Shown here: positions 34,126 through 44,573 of the stretch, piece by piece | Position numbering within the stretch: position 1 is the first letter of the stretch | Layout of the letters: each line of letters starts with the position of its first letter | Translations under genes and position numbers: made by a program | The notes under the pieces: generated by a model | Databases searched by the model: none | What the model saw: the letters and a program-made list of their open reading frames with translations, nothing else | Told to the model about the DNA's origin: nothing | Source of the DNA: a virus | IMG/VR virus record: IMGVR_UViG_3300036820_000009 | Span: 1-64,000 of that record | Direction: 5' to 3' (one strand) | DNA length: 64,000 nucleotides

Positions 34126-34491
34126 TCAGCCGGTGGCGCGGCCCGACGCGCGGCCGAGATCGGTGCCGGGCATCATCGTGTCGCGCGCCGGATCCTGCAT
34201 GGTCAGGCGCCCTTCGTCGGTCAGGAACATGCGCTCGCGAATGACCGGCCGCGGCGGTTCCTTGATCTTGGTGTGCATCGTCACGTCGACGCCGTTTTCG
34301 TCGGCCGCCAGATCGATGACGATGGAGAATTGACCCTTATGCTTGCCGTGATAGCGCGAGACGCGCGTCGCCAGCAGCTCCATGAGATTGTTGAATTCCT
34401 GCGTCGCGATCGCGCCGTCGTCGCCATGATTGATCGTGGCGATCAGCCGATCCGGCGTACGGATCTCCCATGCCTTATCGTTGTCGCTCAT
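34126..34491 (-). CDS. small partner of DUF2303 (YfdP-like)
   Basis: KGQFSIVIDL..KIKEP..FLTDEGRLTMQDP. Confidence 0.65.
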   Translation of the reverse strand: MSDNDKAWEIRTPDRLIATINHGDDGAIATQEFNNLMELLATRVSRYHGKHKGQFSIVIDLAADENGVDVTMHTKIKEPPRPVIRERMFLTDEGRLTMQDPARDTMMPGTDLGRASGRATG

Positions 34492-34512
34492 TATCGGCTC
34501 CCTTGTCGACGA

Positions 34513-34857
34513 TCAGAACAGGTCGGGCCGCAGCTCGTGCTCCGTTACGCGGTTTCCGCACGCAACCACGATTTTCGGCACCGCGTAGGCCGGCACCACG
34601 CCATCTTTGGAATGCAGCCAATGCCAGAGCGTCGCCTGCGAACATTCGATCGCATCCGCGAGTTTGTGCTGGCTGCCGACGATTTCGATTGCCTTCTTGA
34701 ACGCGCGCAACACGCCCGGCAATTGGTTCTGGCGCAACGTATGAGTCGTGCGATCGACCTGGCGCCGCTTGGACGGTTTTGGCGCGATGCGAGCCTTGAC
34801 GGATCGCTTGCGCGCGACGGGCGTCGCGCGCGCCTTTGTTTTTTTCAATTCCCCCAC
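34513..34857 (-). CDS. Cro/YdaS-like HTH protein
   Basis: AIEIVGSQHKLADAIECSQATLWHW..VTEHELRPDLF. Confidence 0.85.
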   Translation of the reverse strand: MGELKKTKARATPVARKRSVKARIAPKPSKRRQVDRTTHTLRQNQLPGVLRAFKKAIEIVGSQHKLADAIECSQATLWHWLHSKDGVVPAYAVPKIVVACGNRVTEHELRPDLF

Positions 34858-34968
34858 CCGCGATTTGATTGCGTCGCGATTAGCGCAGATGCGATTCCGC
34901 TTGTCAAGAATCCGCTGATCGATTTCAATCGAAATCGATCACGTGAAAAATATGGAGGGAAATTGGGG

Positions 34969-35298
34969 ATGCCAAAAACGCAATCGCCGCAGGAAATGCA
35001 AGTTCTGATTCGAATTCGCATGTCCGAAGACGCCAACCTGCTCGATCGGATTTCGACCGATGGCGCGGTTTCCACCGCCATGAAACAAATTCTGAAAGAG
35101 ATGATCGCGCAGGCGGCCGAGTTCAAATTGCCGGTGACGATCGAGCAGCGCATCGCATCGGTGCGCGCGCCACGTAAATCGAGCACCGGCACGCGCAAGA
35201 AAAAGAATATAACGGAGGATCAGGCCGACAGCGGGAAACTAGCGGCGAATGTTTCCGCCGCGCAGCCTGTCAGGAATGCGCCGCCGGTCGAAGGCTAG
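34969..35298 (+). CDS. hypothetical protein divergent from the Cro-like gene
   Basis: GGAGG upstream; MPKTQSPQEMQV; basic C-terminus. Confidence 0.5.
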   Translation: MPKTQSPQEMQVLIRIRMSEDANLLDRISTDGAVSTAMKQILKEMIAQAAEFKLPVTIEQRIASVRAPRKSSTGTRKKKNITEDQADSGKLAANVSAAQPVRNAPPVEG

Positions 35299-35301
35299 CT
35301 T

Positions 35302-35640
35302 CTAGCTGCCGAAAATCGGTTGCCGGTATTTGGCGATATCGGGCGACGCCTCGATACTGTCGAGCGGGATGCCGCGCGCCACGGCATCCTGCGCGCCATT
35401 GATATAGGCCTTCGCTTGCGGCGATTCGCTCACCATCGTCGACGCCACTTTTTGAATGGCGCCGGCGAATACCGGATTTGCCAGCACTTCGGCGCCGCCC
35501 TCGGTGATCTTCAGCACGTCTTCCAAAATCAGGAACACGGTGGCGGCGCCGGGAAACAGGCTGGCGACGAGCGTGGCGCCTTCCAACAGGATGGATGCGC
35601 CCTTCTCGACGTCGCCGGCGATGGTGATGACGTCGGTCAT
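35302..35640 (-). CDS. hypothetical lysis-region protein
   Basis: ATGA-coupled, hydrophobic. Confidence 0.6.
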   Translation of the reverse strand: MTDVITIAGDVEKGASILLEGATLVASLFPGAATVFLILEDVLKITEGGAEVLANPVFAGAIQKVASTMVSESPQAKAYINGAQDAVARGIPLDSIEASPDIAKYRQPIFGS

Positions 35641-35894
35641 TGCGTGGCGGGCGCCGCGGCCGCGGGTGCCGCCGCTGGCGTGCTACTGCCGCCGACCGCC
35701 GAAATCAGATTGACCAGCGCCGAGCCGAAGGCCTGCACCGGCGCGATGACCGCCGACAGGAAGCTGGCCGTGGCGCTGGCATCGTTGGTGACCGTCGTGG
35801 TGGTGCCAGCGATGGTCGACTGTGTCGATTCCGATGTGCCGGCGCAGCCGCTCAGCGCAAGCGCCGCCGCAAACAGGATGAATCTTGTTCTCAC
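35637..35894 (-). CDS. lipoprotein (possible spanin-like)
   Basis: Lipobox LSGC after a signal sequence. Confidence 0.65.
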   Translation of the reverse strand: MRTRFILFAAALALSGCAGTSESTQSTIAGTTTTVTNDASATASFLSAVIAPVQAFGSALVNLISAVGGSSTPAAAPAAAAPATQ

Positions 35895-36103
35895 AATCCC
35901 TCCGCATCCGTGGCGATCTGCGCGCCATCGTTGAGAATTTTATTGATCAGCGCGAGATCGTCATCGCTGATCGAAAGCGGCTGACCGGCTCTCGCCGCGT
36001 CAACCAGGCCGGTGATCACCGCGGATCCCTGCTTAAGATCGCCCGCCAGGCCGATCGCGGCGCTGCCCAGCTCGAACAGCTTGGGAATGTCGGCGAGATT
36101 CAT
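35891..36103 (-). CDS. small hypothetical protein
   Basis: AAGGGAG RBS, coupled. Confidence 0.6.
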   Translation of the reverse strand: MNLADIPKLFELGSAAIGLAGDLKQGSAVITGLVDAARAGQPLSISDDDLALINKILNDGAQIATDAEGL

Positions 36104-36118
36104 CGATAGTTCTCCCTT

Positions 36119-36364
36119 CTATTTCGACAGATTGTTGATGGTCTGGTCTTTCACGTGATTCGATGCCGATGAACCGAAGTAATAGTTGACAATACTGCCC
36201 AGCGCGCCAACGAGCGCGCCGGCAATCACCATGAGCGCATTGGCGTTGCCGATCGGAACGGTGACGAAGCACAGCACCAGCACCAGCGCGATCAGGCCGA
36301 GTGCCACCAGCACGGTCAGCGCGAACGGCACGCTGATGAATCGGCTCGGTTCATCGGCTGGCAT
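36119..36364 (-). CDS. holin-like two-TM protein
   Basis: Two TM segments then IVNYYFGSS. Confidence 0.7.
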   Translation of the reverse strand: MPADEPSRFISVPFALTVLVALGLIALVLVLCFVTVPIGNANALMVIAGALVGALGSIVNYYFGSSASNHVKDQTINNLSK

Positions 36365-36535
36365 GGTTGCCCCCGGCGCAGCTACCACCAATGGAATTGT
36401 CCCCGATGTAAAAATGGGTCGAGCCGAGTTCCCCCTACTCGACCCAAGTTTGGGAGGAAACGCCCCTTGCGAAGCGCCGGGCGGTAGCATGTCCGAAAAC
36501 CGCCCAGCCGTTTCACTATATCGAATTGGCCGCCG

Positions 36536-37012
36536 TTACGCCATCGGTTCATTGCCCGCCGCGTAGGCGATTTGCATGAGCCGCTTGGTCCAGCCGTCAT
36601 CGTACCGCGCGGCATCGGGCTCGGCGGCATAGCGCTTGGCGCGCAGCATCATGAAATAGGCGAAGCGTTCGGTCGACGCTTTCAGCAACGCCGCGATCGT
36701 CACCGGCCCGATATCGCCATCGGGCTTGAGGCCAAGCGCTTCCTGCGCATAAGGCACGGCCGCGGGCTCATTGACCGCCGTGTCGAAAATGCCGAGCGCC
36801 CATGGCCATGGCAATTCATCGCAATTGTGCTTGGCCCAATAGGTCGACCGATAGATGTCGACCGCTTGCGCCAGTGTCGGCGGCCATGGAATCTTGGGAT
36901 GCGCGCGGCGCGAAATCCCATAGACCGTTTCGCCGCCCGGATCGTTCGGATCGTTGGAAGGCGCGCCTTCGATCGCCAGGATGATCGCGACCGCGGCCGC
37001 GCATTTATCCAT
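36536..37012 (-). CDS. endolysin, glycoside hydrolase family 108
   Basis: EG..NDPNDPGGETVYGIS, FDTAVN, DGDIGPVT, GW.KR. Confidence 0.9.
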   Translation of the reverse strand: MDKCAAAVAIILAIEGAPSNDPNDPGGETVYGISRRAHPKIPWPPTLAQAVDIYRSTYWAKHNCDELPWPWALGIFDTAVNEPAAVPYAQEALGLKPDGDIGPVTIAALLKASTERFAYFMMLRAKRYAAEPDAARYDDGWTKRLMQIAYAAGNEPMA

Positions 37013-37202
37013 AGCGGCGCATCATTTCCGCGAAGGACGAGCGTGGCAGCTTCCAGGATCCGAGCCTGGACCCATCCTGCAATTCGCGTTTGACCGATTC
37101 GGCGCTGGTCAGCATTTCCTGCGCCGCGGCACGTCGCTGCGAGAGTTCGGGCGATTTGCTGCGCGGACTGCTGCGCAACATATCTAGCAGTTTGCGAATC
37201 AT
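37005..37202 (-). CDS. hypothetical protein
   Basis: GGGAG RBS, overlaps the endolysin start. Confidence 0.5.
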   Translation of the reverse strand: MIRKLLDMLRSSPRSKSPELSQRRAAAQEMLTSAESVKRELQDGSRLGSWKLPRSSFAEMMRRYG

Positions 37203-37215
37203 GGTCGCTCCCTGT

Positions 37216-37500
37216 CTACGTACCATGGCGCCCCCGAAGCATGGTAGCAATTTCGATCAATAAATCCCGTTGCGACCGCATTTCTTGTGCCAACTCATTG
37301 ATTGAATTCGGCACTTGAAGAATCGCTTCGGCATTGGCACGAAGCGCCGCGGCGAGATCGCTGTCCACGTCGTGGAAAGTGTCGCGCTCGGCCTTCTCCC
37401 GCAAGCGGCGCTTGACGCCGCCATAGGTAACAAACGCGGCGGCAGCCGCACCTATCCCGGCTCCGATGTCTCTAATCGTATCAATTGGAGCCGATGACAT
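37216..37500 (-). CDS. single-TM coiled-coil protein (holin/antiholin-like)
   Basis: N-terminal TM, position before the endolysin. Confidence 0.5.
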   Translation of the reverse strand: MSSAPIDTIRDIGAGIGAAAAAFVTYGGVKRRLREKAERDTFHDVDSDLAAALRANAEAILQVPNSINELAQEMRSQRDLLIEIATMLRGRHGT

Positions 37501-37507
37501 CAGGTGT

Positions 37508-39850
37508 CTAGCCCGCGTTGAGGACAACTGTCCAGGTCACCGGGCCTGAATTATCATCGTTGGTCAGGTTGCTCCATGTCACCGAACCGGACACCGAACT
37601 ATTGGCCGGGATGCCAACTTGCCCGGCCGCGAAAAAATACGAGACGCCGCCGGTGCTCCAATGATTCGCGACAACCTCCGTGTAACCGGTAAAGGCCGGC
37701 GTCGCCGTATTGTCGAGATCGGCCAAAAACGAAAGCGCGATCGCGAGCGCGGGCCCAACATGGGGAATCGCGATCGGAAACGTCAGTGTATTTGTACTTT
37801 CGGCGCCGACTCCCGCGAAATTCGTGGCGGCGATATCGATCCCGCCGCAGTTCGACACTTCCAACCCAATGACACCCAGCGATAATTGCGCATTGAATGC
37901 CCATGACGCGCCATCGCCGGTTTGCACGGCGCGCGTCGCAACCGTCAGGTAGACGCCTTCGTACTGGCCGAGAAAGTACGGATTGACGCCCGCCGGAAAC
38001 CAGGCCGGCTTAAGCGCGCTGCGGCTGTCGCTATCGGTAAAAATGAAAAACAACAGCGTATTGCCGACAGTGGGCGCGCTGCCGAAGTCAATCGTGGCGG
38101 GACTGCCGGTAAGTGCTTCCGCGCTTGTCGATTGCACGATTGCCGGCTGCACGCCGCCGCTGCCGCCACCGCCGCCGGCGCCGCCGCCGACCGGCCCCGG
38201 ATCCTCCCATGCGACAATCGCGACCTGCGTGTTCGAGCCGCGCGAATAAATGGCGAGGATGCCGGGCGTCTCGAAATCGATTTGGCCCTGGCCATTGACG
38301 CCGGTGCTGATACCGGAAAACTGAAGCGTCAGCGCGCCGCGATTGGTCGAAGTCGGCGTCGTGCTGAAATTGATGTTCGGATGCACCATCAGCAAGCCGT
38401 CATTGCTGCCGGTTTCTTGCAGATAGGCGCTGACAACCGCGCGGATCGCGAGCGGCGAACAGTATCCATTGGTCGCGAAATAACCCGGTCCGTAAGGGCC
38501 GCCGCTGATCAGGGACGGCGATGCGACTTGCGCGCCTTGCGATACCCAATGGCCATAGCGACCATGATATTGATTTTGGGTGAGCGTGCCGTCGTTATTG
38601 GTGAAGATCCATGACATCTGCGCGAAATACACAAACCCGCTCGGCAATGTCGGCGATGTCGGATTGGTCGATGCAAGGCCGGCGACCGTTTGCGTCGTGG
38701 GATTGTAGATGAAATATTCGTAATAGTTGGTGCCGCCGGTAACGCTGCCCTGATCGATACCGTTCGCGCCGGTGGTCGCGTAATTGATGGTGACGTTCGG
38801 ATTTTGGATGCGAATGACATCGCCGAATGCGTCCTGCAAAATGACGACACTGGCGGTCAGCGTCCGTTCGCTGGTGGATGCGCTCGGATTGTTGGCGGTG
38901 AACCCGGCCGCGGTGCCCCCGATGGTCGCGACCGATTCGCCGGCGAACGCGGTGACCTGGAACGCCACGCCATCGCTATAGAATTCGCCGGCCTGGCCAT
39001 TCTGGAACGCGATCGATTGAACGCCGATGCCTGGCGAGGTCGGACCGCCGAAAATGACGTTGGGCTGACTGGTCAGCGGATCGGTTTGGGTTTGGACGGT
39101 GGTGCCGTTCGAAGCGCGCGAATAGATCGGAAACGACAGGCCGCTGCATTCCGATGCCGGCGGCAAGGTGAAGGTCACGCCGACGACGTCTTTCTGCGCG
39201 ACGCCGGTATCGGTCGCCACCAATGTCGTATTGACCGATACCGCGACGAAATTCTGATCCTTGAGCGCGGTCACCAGGTATGGGTGCGAGATATCGACAA
39301 ACGTGATGGCGGTTTGGCCCGCGGTCAGCGTGACGCGGAACAATTCGAAAGTCGTGGTATTGTTGGCCGCCGTCAGCGTCGGCACGATCACCAAGCTGTC
39401 GGTCGACAGCGCATAGGCGGTGAACGGCACGAAATCCGGATCGTAGTCGGGATGGCCCGGCGGTGGTCCGATCACCTGATAGGGACTTTGCGCGATCTGC
39501 GCATAGCTCGCGATCGCATAGGCGGTGACCGAGCCCGAGCCCGGCACCAGCGACGTGAAATCGAGCGCGTAGGATTGCGAGTCCTGGCCGGTGAGCGTGC
39601 CATGCGCCTGCGCGAAGATCGCGCCCAGCTCGTAATCGCTTTGCGGGAAGAACACGCCGAACGGTGGGCCGGCCGCGATCGTGACCGTCAAGCTGGCGAA
39701 CGTGAACCCGAGCCGATCGGCGCGAATGAGGCCGGCCGCATTGCTGAGCGCGCCGGCGAGCGCGGTGATGTTGTCCGCGATCGCGGCCGCCGCGGCATTC
39801 AATGCGCCGTCGTTAAGATATTCCTTGCTCGCGAAGTTCGGATTTTCCAT
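37508..39850 (-). CDS. tail fibre / receptor-binding protein
   Basis: 780 aa Gly/Ser/Thr-rich, follows baseplate genes. Confidence 0.75.
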   Translation of the reverse strand: MENPNFASKEYLNDGALNAAAAAIADNITALAGALSNAAGLIRADRLGFTFASLTVTIAAGPPFGVFFPQSDYELGAIFAQAHGTLTGQDSQSYALDFTSLVPGSGSVTAYAIASYAQIAQSPYQVIGPPPGHPDYDPDFVPFTAYALSTDSLVIVPTLTAANNTTTFELFRVTLTAGQTAITFVDISHPYLVTALKDQNFVAVSVNTTLVATDTGVAQKDVVGVTFTLPPASECSGLSFPIYSRASNGTTVQTQTDPLTSQPNVIFGGPTSPGIGVQSIAFQNGQAGEFYSDGVAFQVTAFAGESVATIGGTAAGFTANNPSASTSERTLTASVVILQDAFGDVIRIQNPNVTINYATTGANGIDQGSVTGGTNYYEYFIYNPTTQTVAGLASTNPTSPTLPSGFVYFAQMSWIFTNNDGTLTQNQYHGRYGHWVSQGAQVASPSLISGGPYGPGYFATNGYCSPLAIRAVVSAYLQETGSNDGLLMVHPNINFSTTPTSTNRGALTLQFSGISTGVNGQGQIDFETPGILAIYSRGSNTQVAIVAWEDPGPVGGGAGGGGGSGGVQPAIVQSTSAEALTGSPATIDFGSAPTVGNTLLFFIFTDSDSRSALKPAWFPAGVNPYFLGQYEGVYLTVATRAVQTGDGASWAFNAQLSLGVIGLEVSNCGGIDIAATNFAGVGAESTNTLTFPIAIPHVGPALAIALSFLADLDNTATPAFTGYTEVVANHWSTGGVSYFFAAGQVGIPANSSVSGSVTWSNLTNDDNSGPVTWTVVLNAG

Positions 39851-39901
39851 GCATCTTCCCCGTGTTGCAAAGATAAACCCTGCCGCGCGGAAACGCCTAT
39901 A

Positions 39902-40600
39902 TCACGGCCCGATCAGCGCCACGCCGGATGCCGCGAAACTCGGATTGAGCGTCGGGTCGATCAGGAATAGATCCGGCAAAAGCGGCTGCGCGTTATTCGT
40001 CGACGGCCCGATGCCGAGATCCTGCAAGGTGCCGCTGCCGCCCGCCAGGAACGCGCCGGCCGCGCGCGGCGCGTCGAGAAAATTGATGGTGGTCAGATAG
40101 GTGCCGGCGCCGCCGCCCGCGCCGCCGCCGCTTTCGACCAGTACCGTGAAAGGCACGCCGGCGGGCCGGACATACGCAATACTGAGAATCATCGCCACCA
40201 ATTGCGGTGTCGTGACCACGGGCGGAAACAACAAGCTGTAGCCGACACCGGGAATATTTTCGGATATTTCCACCGTGATGCCGAAAACCACGCTGAGCCA
40301 GCGGATGATCTGCACCGGCGGGCCGCCGCTGACATTGACGGTATAGGCGATCTGGTTCGAATAATTGGCGTCGCGCTGATTCTGCTGGCGCGCGATGTTG
40401 AAGAGCAGGCCCCACGTATCGAGCCAGCCATATTGCGCCTGGCTGAAATCGGTGCCTTCGGCCGCGACGCCATCGGCCGCGATGCCGCCGCGCGTCAATG
40501 CCGACACCAGCGCATCGATGTATTGCAAAAACGGATTGCCCGGCCGGCGGAAGGTCGCGGGCAAATCGTTGAGAATGGTCTGGATCTGCTGAAAATTCAT
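39902..40600 (-). CDS. baseplate wedge protein
   Basis: WLDTWG.LF.I.R..D.NY, VRPAGV; follows the J-like gene. Confidence 0.75.
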   Translation of the reverse strand: MNFQQIQTILNDLPATFRRPGNPFLQYIDALVSALTRGGIAADGVAAEGTDFSQAQYGWLDTWGLLFNIARQQNQRDANYSNQIAYTVNVSGGPPVQIIRWLSVVFGITVEISENIPGVGYSLLFPPVVTTPQLVAMILSIAYVRPAGVPFTVLVESGGGAGGGAGTYLTTINFLDAPRAAGAFLAGGSGTLQDLGIGPSTNNAQPLLPDLFLIDPTLNPSFAASGVALIGP

Positions 40601-40605
40601 GTCGA

Positions 40606-41799
40606 TTATCCGTTGTTGAGGCTAATCGACAGGCTATTGAGCAGCACCCGGCTGATAGGCATCGGTTGCAGCAGCACCAAGGGATCGGTGGTGCCAGACG
40701 CATAGAGCGACACCGCGAGACTCGACAGCAGGCCTTGCGCGGAATTGCCGACCACCGCCGCGATCTGGGCTTGCTCGGCGGGCGTGCCGAACGGCAGCGA
40801 AAAATAGCCCGATACCGCCTGCACCATCGCGCCCGATACGACAGATTCGGTCGTAACCGAAATCGTGGTGCCGGAAATCGCGACGTCGGCATAGATCGGC
40901 GATACCGGGAACACGCCGTAGGGCACGCCGGCATCGCGGTATTGTACGATGCCCGAGGCCGCGTCGGTGGATCCCGACACGGTCGGCCCGAGCTTCTGGA
41001 TCACGGCCGCGATCAAGCCCGAGGTCGCGGCGCCTTGCCCGTTATCGATGTAGAGCTGCCAGCCCGCGGTGCCGCTGGCTTCGCCCGAGCCCGCCGCGAT
41101 CCACGGTTCGAATAGCGTCGAGAACATGACGCGCTCGCCGGTATCGGGATCGGTAACGCCGATCGCGGCATTGGCGATCGCGACCGGCGAGGAAGCCGGC
41201 AGCGCCGCCACCGTCGATGCGAAGCGGGACAAGGTTTCCGACAGGGTTTCGGCATCGGCGCCGCCGCTGAGCGCCGCGGTATTGGTGACGAAAAGCGGAT
41301 AGGGAATGCCGGTGACCAGCGTATTGACCGCGCCCGGCGGCACGTTGGTCGCGACGCCGGTTTTGACCGCGACGACGGGAATGGTCACGCTGCTCGATCC
41401 CGCCGCCAGCAATGCCGCTTGCGTGGTGACGAATTGAATGCCGCCGCTGGTCTGGACAATCGTATTTTGCGGGATCGTCACGTTTTGCGTCGCCGGCGGC
41501 GGCGTCGGCAGCAGGCTGGTCATGAACGTGACCAAGCCGCTGGCGCCATTGCCCTGATTCGCGACGATCTGGAACAACGCCATGGCGCCATAGACCATGC
41601 CCTGGAACACCAGCGCGCGGGTCCAGATGCCTTGCGTTTCGGTCGCCGCGCCGACACTTTCCGCCCAGGTGCGGATCTGCGAGCCCGAATTGTAATCGGT
41701 GGTCACGCCGCTCAAGGCCGCCATGCTGGCCAGCAACGTCGCCGCGGTATCCTGCGTGGTCGGCGGCGCCGCGATCGTCGGTTCGTTGGTTATCGACAT
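40606..41799 (-). CDS. baseplate J-like protein
   Basis: TDYNSGSQIRT, GVATNVPPG, GGADAET, YRDAGV. Confidence 0.85.
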   Translation of the reverse strand: MSITNEPTIAAPPTTQDTAATLLASMAALSGVTTDYNSGSQIRTWAESVGAATETQGIWTRALVFQGMVYGAMALFQIVANQGNGASGLVTFMTSLLPTPPPATQNVTIPQNTIVQTSGGIQFVTTQAALLAAGSSSVTIPVVAVKTGVATNVPPGAVNTLVTGIPYPLFVTNTAALSGGADAETLSETLSRFASTVAALPASSPVAIANAAIGVTDPDTGERVMFSTLFEPWIAAGSGEASGTAGWQLYIDNGQGAATSGLIAAVIQKLGPTVSGSTDAASGIVQYRDAGVPYGVFPVSPIYADVAISGTTISVTTESVVSGAMVQAVSGYFSLPFGTPAEQAQIAAVVGNSAQGLLSSLAVSLYASGTTDPLVLLQPMPISRVLLNSLSISLNNG

Positions 41800-41808
41800 G
41801 GCATCTCT

Positions 41809-43242
41809 CTATGGCAGCGGACTGATCACTTCGTTGATTTCTGTGGGCAGCGCGCCGAAGCCCGCCGGCAACACGGTGCCCTGGAACGCCACCTTGCCAT
41901 TGGATTGGAGCGCCGCGACCGCGGCGAGGATTTTCGACACGCGCGGATCCGAAAACAGGGCGCTCTTGCCGAACGCGGCGATGCGCTGCGGCGTCTGCGT
42001 TGCCTGCACCGCGCCGACCTGCGGCGGAATGCGGCTGCCGTAATCGGGATGATAGATCAGCGCGGACAAGGTGGTTTGCAGCCGCCGGCCCAACGCCCAA
42101 GCCAGATTGTTGTAGCCCGAAATCACCTGGAAATCGCCGCTCCAAACCGGCATCGAGCCATTGATCGGGCCGACATAGACATCGGTGCCGAGAAAATTGA
42201 TTTCATAGGAGGGCGGCAGCCCGGTCGCGGATTGTTGCGTGCCCGGCGACGGCAGAATGAGCTGCGTGCCCCAACCCGCGATACCCGACACGCTGAGCGG
42301 TCCGGTATAAGGCGGCGTCAGATTGTTGAGCGTCGCGATTTCGGTCCACAGCTCGAAATTGCCGAGCGCGCGCGCGGCCACGTCCATCAGGCTTTCGCCG
42401 TTGCGCAGCGTCGTCAGGTTGACGATGGTCGATTGCGGCTTGCGCAGGATCAGCAGGAAATTCTCGACCTGCGCGGCGAGACTGAGCATGGCATAGCGAA
42501 TGCAGGCCGATTGCTGATTCTGATAGAGGAACGGCGGCGTGCTGATGATCGATGCCGACATGGTCATCGCCGGCAGCACCGCCAATTCGTTCCACAATCC
42601 GCTGACCGACAGCGCCGCGGCTGAAAACGGGCTCGACGTGATTTGCTGAAGAATATAGGTGGCGGCATTCGCGCATGCCGATTCGCGTGTCGCGAAATCG
42701 TAGAGCTGATTGGGCGATGCGCCCTGGAACGCGATGATGGCGTTCGCGATCGCCGTGAAATTGGTGGCGACGCCCGATGCATAGGCGATGAGGCTGGCGG
42801 CCGCGACGCCGCTCGGCGGCGTTTCATAATTGAAGTTTTCGTAAAATGCCAACAAGCCCATGTCCGGCACGATCGGCGTGCCGCTGCCGATGGTTTGCGC
42901 CGCGCCTTGAAACGGCGGCTGCGGCAGCAGTGCATTGAGCGCCAGCGCCGCGGAGATGTAGCTGTCGGTGCGGCTGAGCAGCGTATAGAGCGATGCGGGA
43001 TTGAGCGTCAGCGGCAGCGTTTGGATTTCCTGCAATCCGTTCGCGGCCGAATTCCACGAATAGACCATATTGTTCGCATTGATCGCGTCGATGCCATTGA
43101 GCAGGCTTTCGAGCATCGCGTTCGACATCGCGGTAACGGTCGCCGGATCGGTCGCGGCCGCCAATTGGTCCATGTAATAGGAAAGCGCCTGGTAGATCGT
43201 CTGCCAGATGGTGCCGGAATAGGAGCCGAAGACATTCTGCAT
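41809..43242 (-). CDS. baseplate protein with LysM-like and gp25-like domains
   Basis: GESLMDVAARALG..W.EIA.LN.L; YHPDYGS; DPRV. Confidence 0.7.
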   Translation of the reverse strand: MQNVFGSYSGTIWQTIYQALSYYMDQLAAATDPATVTAMSNAMLESLLNGIDAINANNMVYSWNSAANGLQEIQTLPLTLNPASLYTLLSRTDSYISAALALNALLPQPPFQGAAQTIGSGTPIVPDMGLLAFYENFNYETPPSGVAAASLIAYASGVATNFTAIANAIIAFQGASPNQLYDFATRESACANAATYILQQITSSPFSAAALSVSGLWNELAVLPAMTMSASIISTPPFLYQNQQSACIRYAMLSLAAQVENFLLILRKPQSTIVNLTTLRNGESLMDVAARALGNFELWTEIATLNNLTPPYTGPLSVSGIAGWGTQLILPSPGTQQSATGLPPSYEINFLGTDVYVGPINGSMPVWSGDFQVISGYNNLAWALGRRLQTTLSALIYHPDYGSRIPPQVGAVQATQTPQRIAAFGKSALFSDPRVSKILAAVAALQSNGKVAFQGTVLPAGFGALPTEINEVISPLP

Positions 43243-43247
43243 GGCGC

Positions 43248-43940
43248 TTACACCGCGAGCCCGATGGTCGCGAGGCCGCCAGGCGTGAATCCGGCATAGC
43301 TCGACAACGAGACATTGATGCTGGCCGACAGCGTCGCGGTGGCCTGGCTGGCGCCGATCGAGAAATCGGCCGCGATCGGATCCTGAAGCACGGTGACGGG
43401 CGGCGCCGCGAGATTCTGCACGCCATAGAGCCGGAAATAATATTCGTAGAGCAGCGGCCGGCGTTCCGATTGGAAGATGCCCTGGCGGCCGATCGGCACT
43501 ACCTGCCAGAATTCATTGGTGAAATAGTCATAGAATTCGAGGGTGTAGAGCGGTTGATTCGATTGCGCCTGCGCGACATTGAGCTGCGCGTATTGCTCCA
43601 CCAGGTTTTGAATCGCGAGTACCGACTGCATGCCGGTCAGCGCGAACGCATCGGCCGAATGATATTGCCAGCCGGTGGTGCCCTCCAACGTATAGACCAC
43701 CGGTTCGATGCCGTAGAAATCGATTAAGCGCTGCACGCCGTTTTGCTGCGCCGAGCCGGCGACCGAAAACGCATTGGCCTTCGACACGAATTCCTTGCGC
43801 ACCGACGATGGCGTCAAGGGAAACGTATAGCTCGCGATCGGCGTGCCGCCGGAATTCGGCGCGATGATGGCCAGCCCATAAATCGGCTGCGTGAGATTCG
43901 GCAGCGGGATGGTGCTGAAGACTTGGTCGCCCGGCAGCAT
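43248..43940 (-). CDS. tail tube initiator / baseplate protein
   Basis: FPLTPS..LEGTTG..LEFYD..RPLLYEY. Confidence 0.6.
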   Translation of the reverse strand: MLPGDQVFSTIPLPNLTQPIYGLAIIAPNSGGTPIASYTFPLTPSSVRKEFVSKANAFSVAGSAQQNGVQRLIDFYGIEPVVYTLEGTTGWQYHSADAFALTGMQSVLAIQNLVEQYAQLNVAQAQSNQPLYTLEFYDYFTNEFWQVVPIGRQGIFQSERRPLLYEYYFRLYGVQNLAAPPVTVLQDPIAADFSIGASQATATLSASINVSLSSYAGFTPGGLATIGLAV

Positions 43941-43943
43941 TTT

Positions 43944-44570
43944 CTAGAACCTTGGCGCCAAGAGAAACATGCCCTTGGTCGGATCCGTGGCCGGGCCGGC
44001 CGACCAGGGCGAAAATCCCGCCGGCGGTGCATTGGTGAACAGCGCGGTAGTGTCCTGCAATCGCGCGGTGAAAGAAGGATTTTGCGCCACCGCGCCAACG
44101 GCCATCAAAGTACCGTTTACCGCGATCTGATTCGCGATGCTGATGCCACCGGTATTGGTGCTGGGATCGGCGGTGCCGCTGTTGTTCCAGTCGCCGGTAT
44201 TGGCGCGCACCCATAACATCGCATGCGTGAAATCGATCGCCCAGCCGAACACTGTCGCGGCCGTGAACGTGTAAGTCTCGACGGTTATGCTGTTGCTGGC
44301 GAGTGCGCCATCCGCCTGGATCCCGATGGCATTATAACCATTATGCGTAATGTTGCCCGACGTCGATGTGCCGGCGCCAAATCCGATCTCGACCGAATTG
44401 TAGCCGCTGAATCCCGAGCCGGTGTTCAACAGCTCGCAATACCAAAGCCCGCTACTGTGGATCGTGGCGCCCAGCGCAACATTGGTCCCTTCGCCGCTAT
44501 TGCCGGCGATATTCGGCCCGTCGATGCCGGGGTTGCCAAAAAGTGGCGTGGGGTTCCAGCCGCTTGTCAT
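43944..44570 (-). CDS. SPRY/lectin-like virion protein
   Basis: SGLWYCE, GWAIDF...LW, PPAGFSPW. Confidence 0.6.
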   Translation of the reverse strand: MTSGWNPTPLFGNPGIDGPNIAGNSGEGTNVALGATIHSSGLWYCELLNTGSGFSGYNSVEIGFGAGTSTSGNITHNGYNAIGIQADGALASNSITVETYTFTAATVFGWAIDFTHAMLWVRANTGDWNNSGTADPSTNTGGISIANQIAVNGTLMAVGAVAQNPSFTARLQDTTALFTNAPPAGFSPWSAGPATDPTKGMFLLAPRF

Positions 44571-44573
44571 CGA

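Noticed and set aside
34513-35298. Lambda-like cI/cro lysogeny switch
   Set aside because: The divergent ORF lacks a recognisable HTH or S24 peptidase, and no integrase is present in the window
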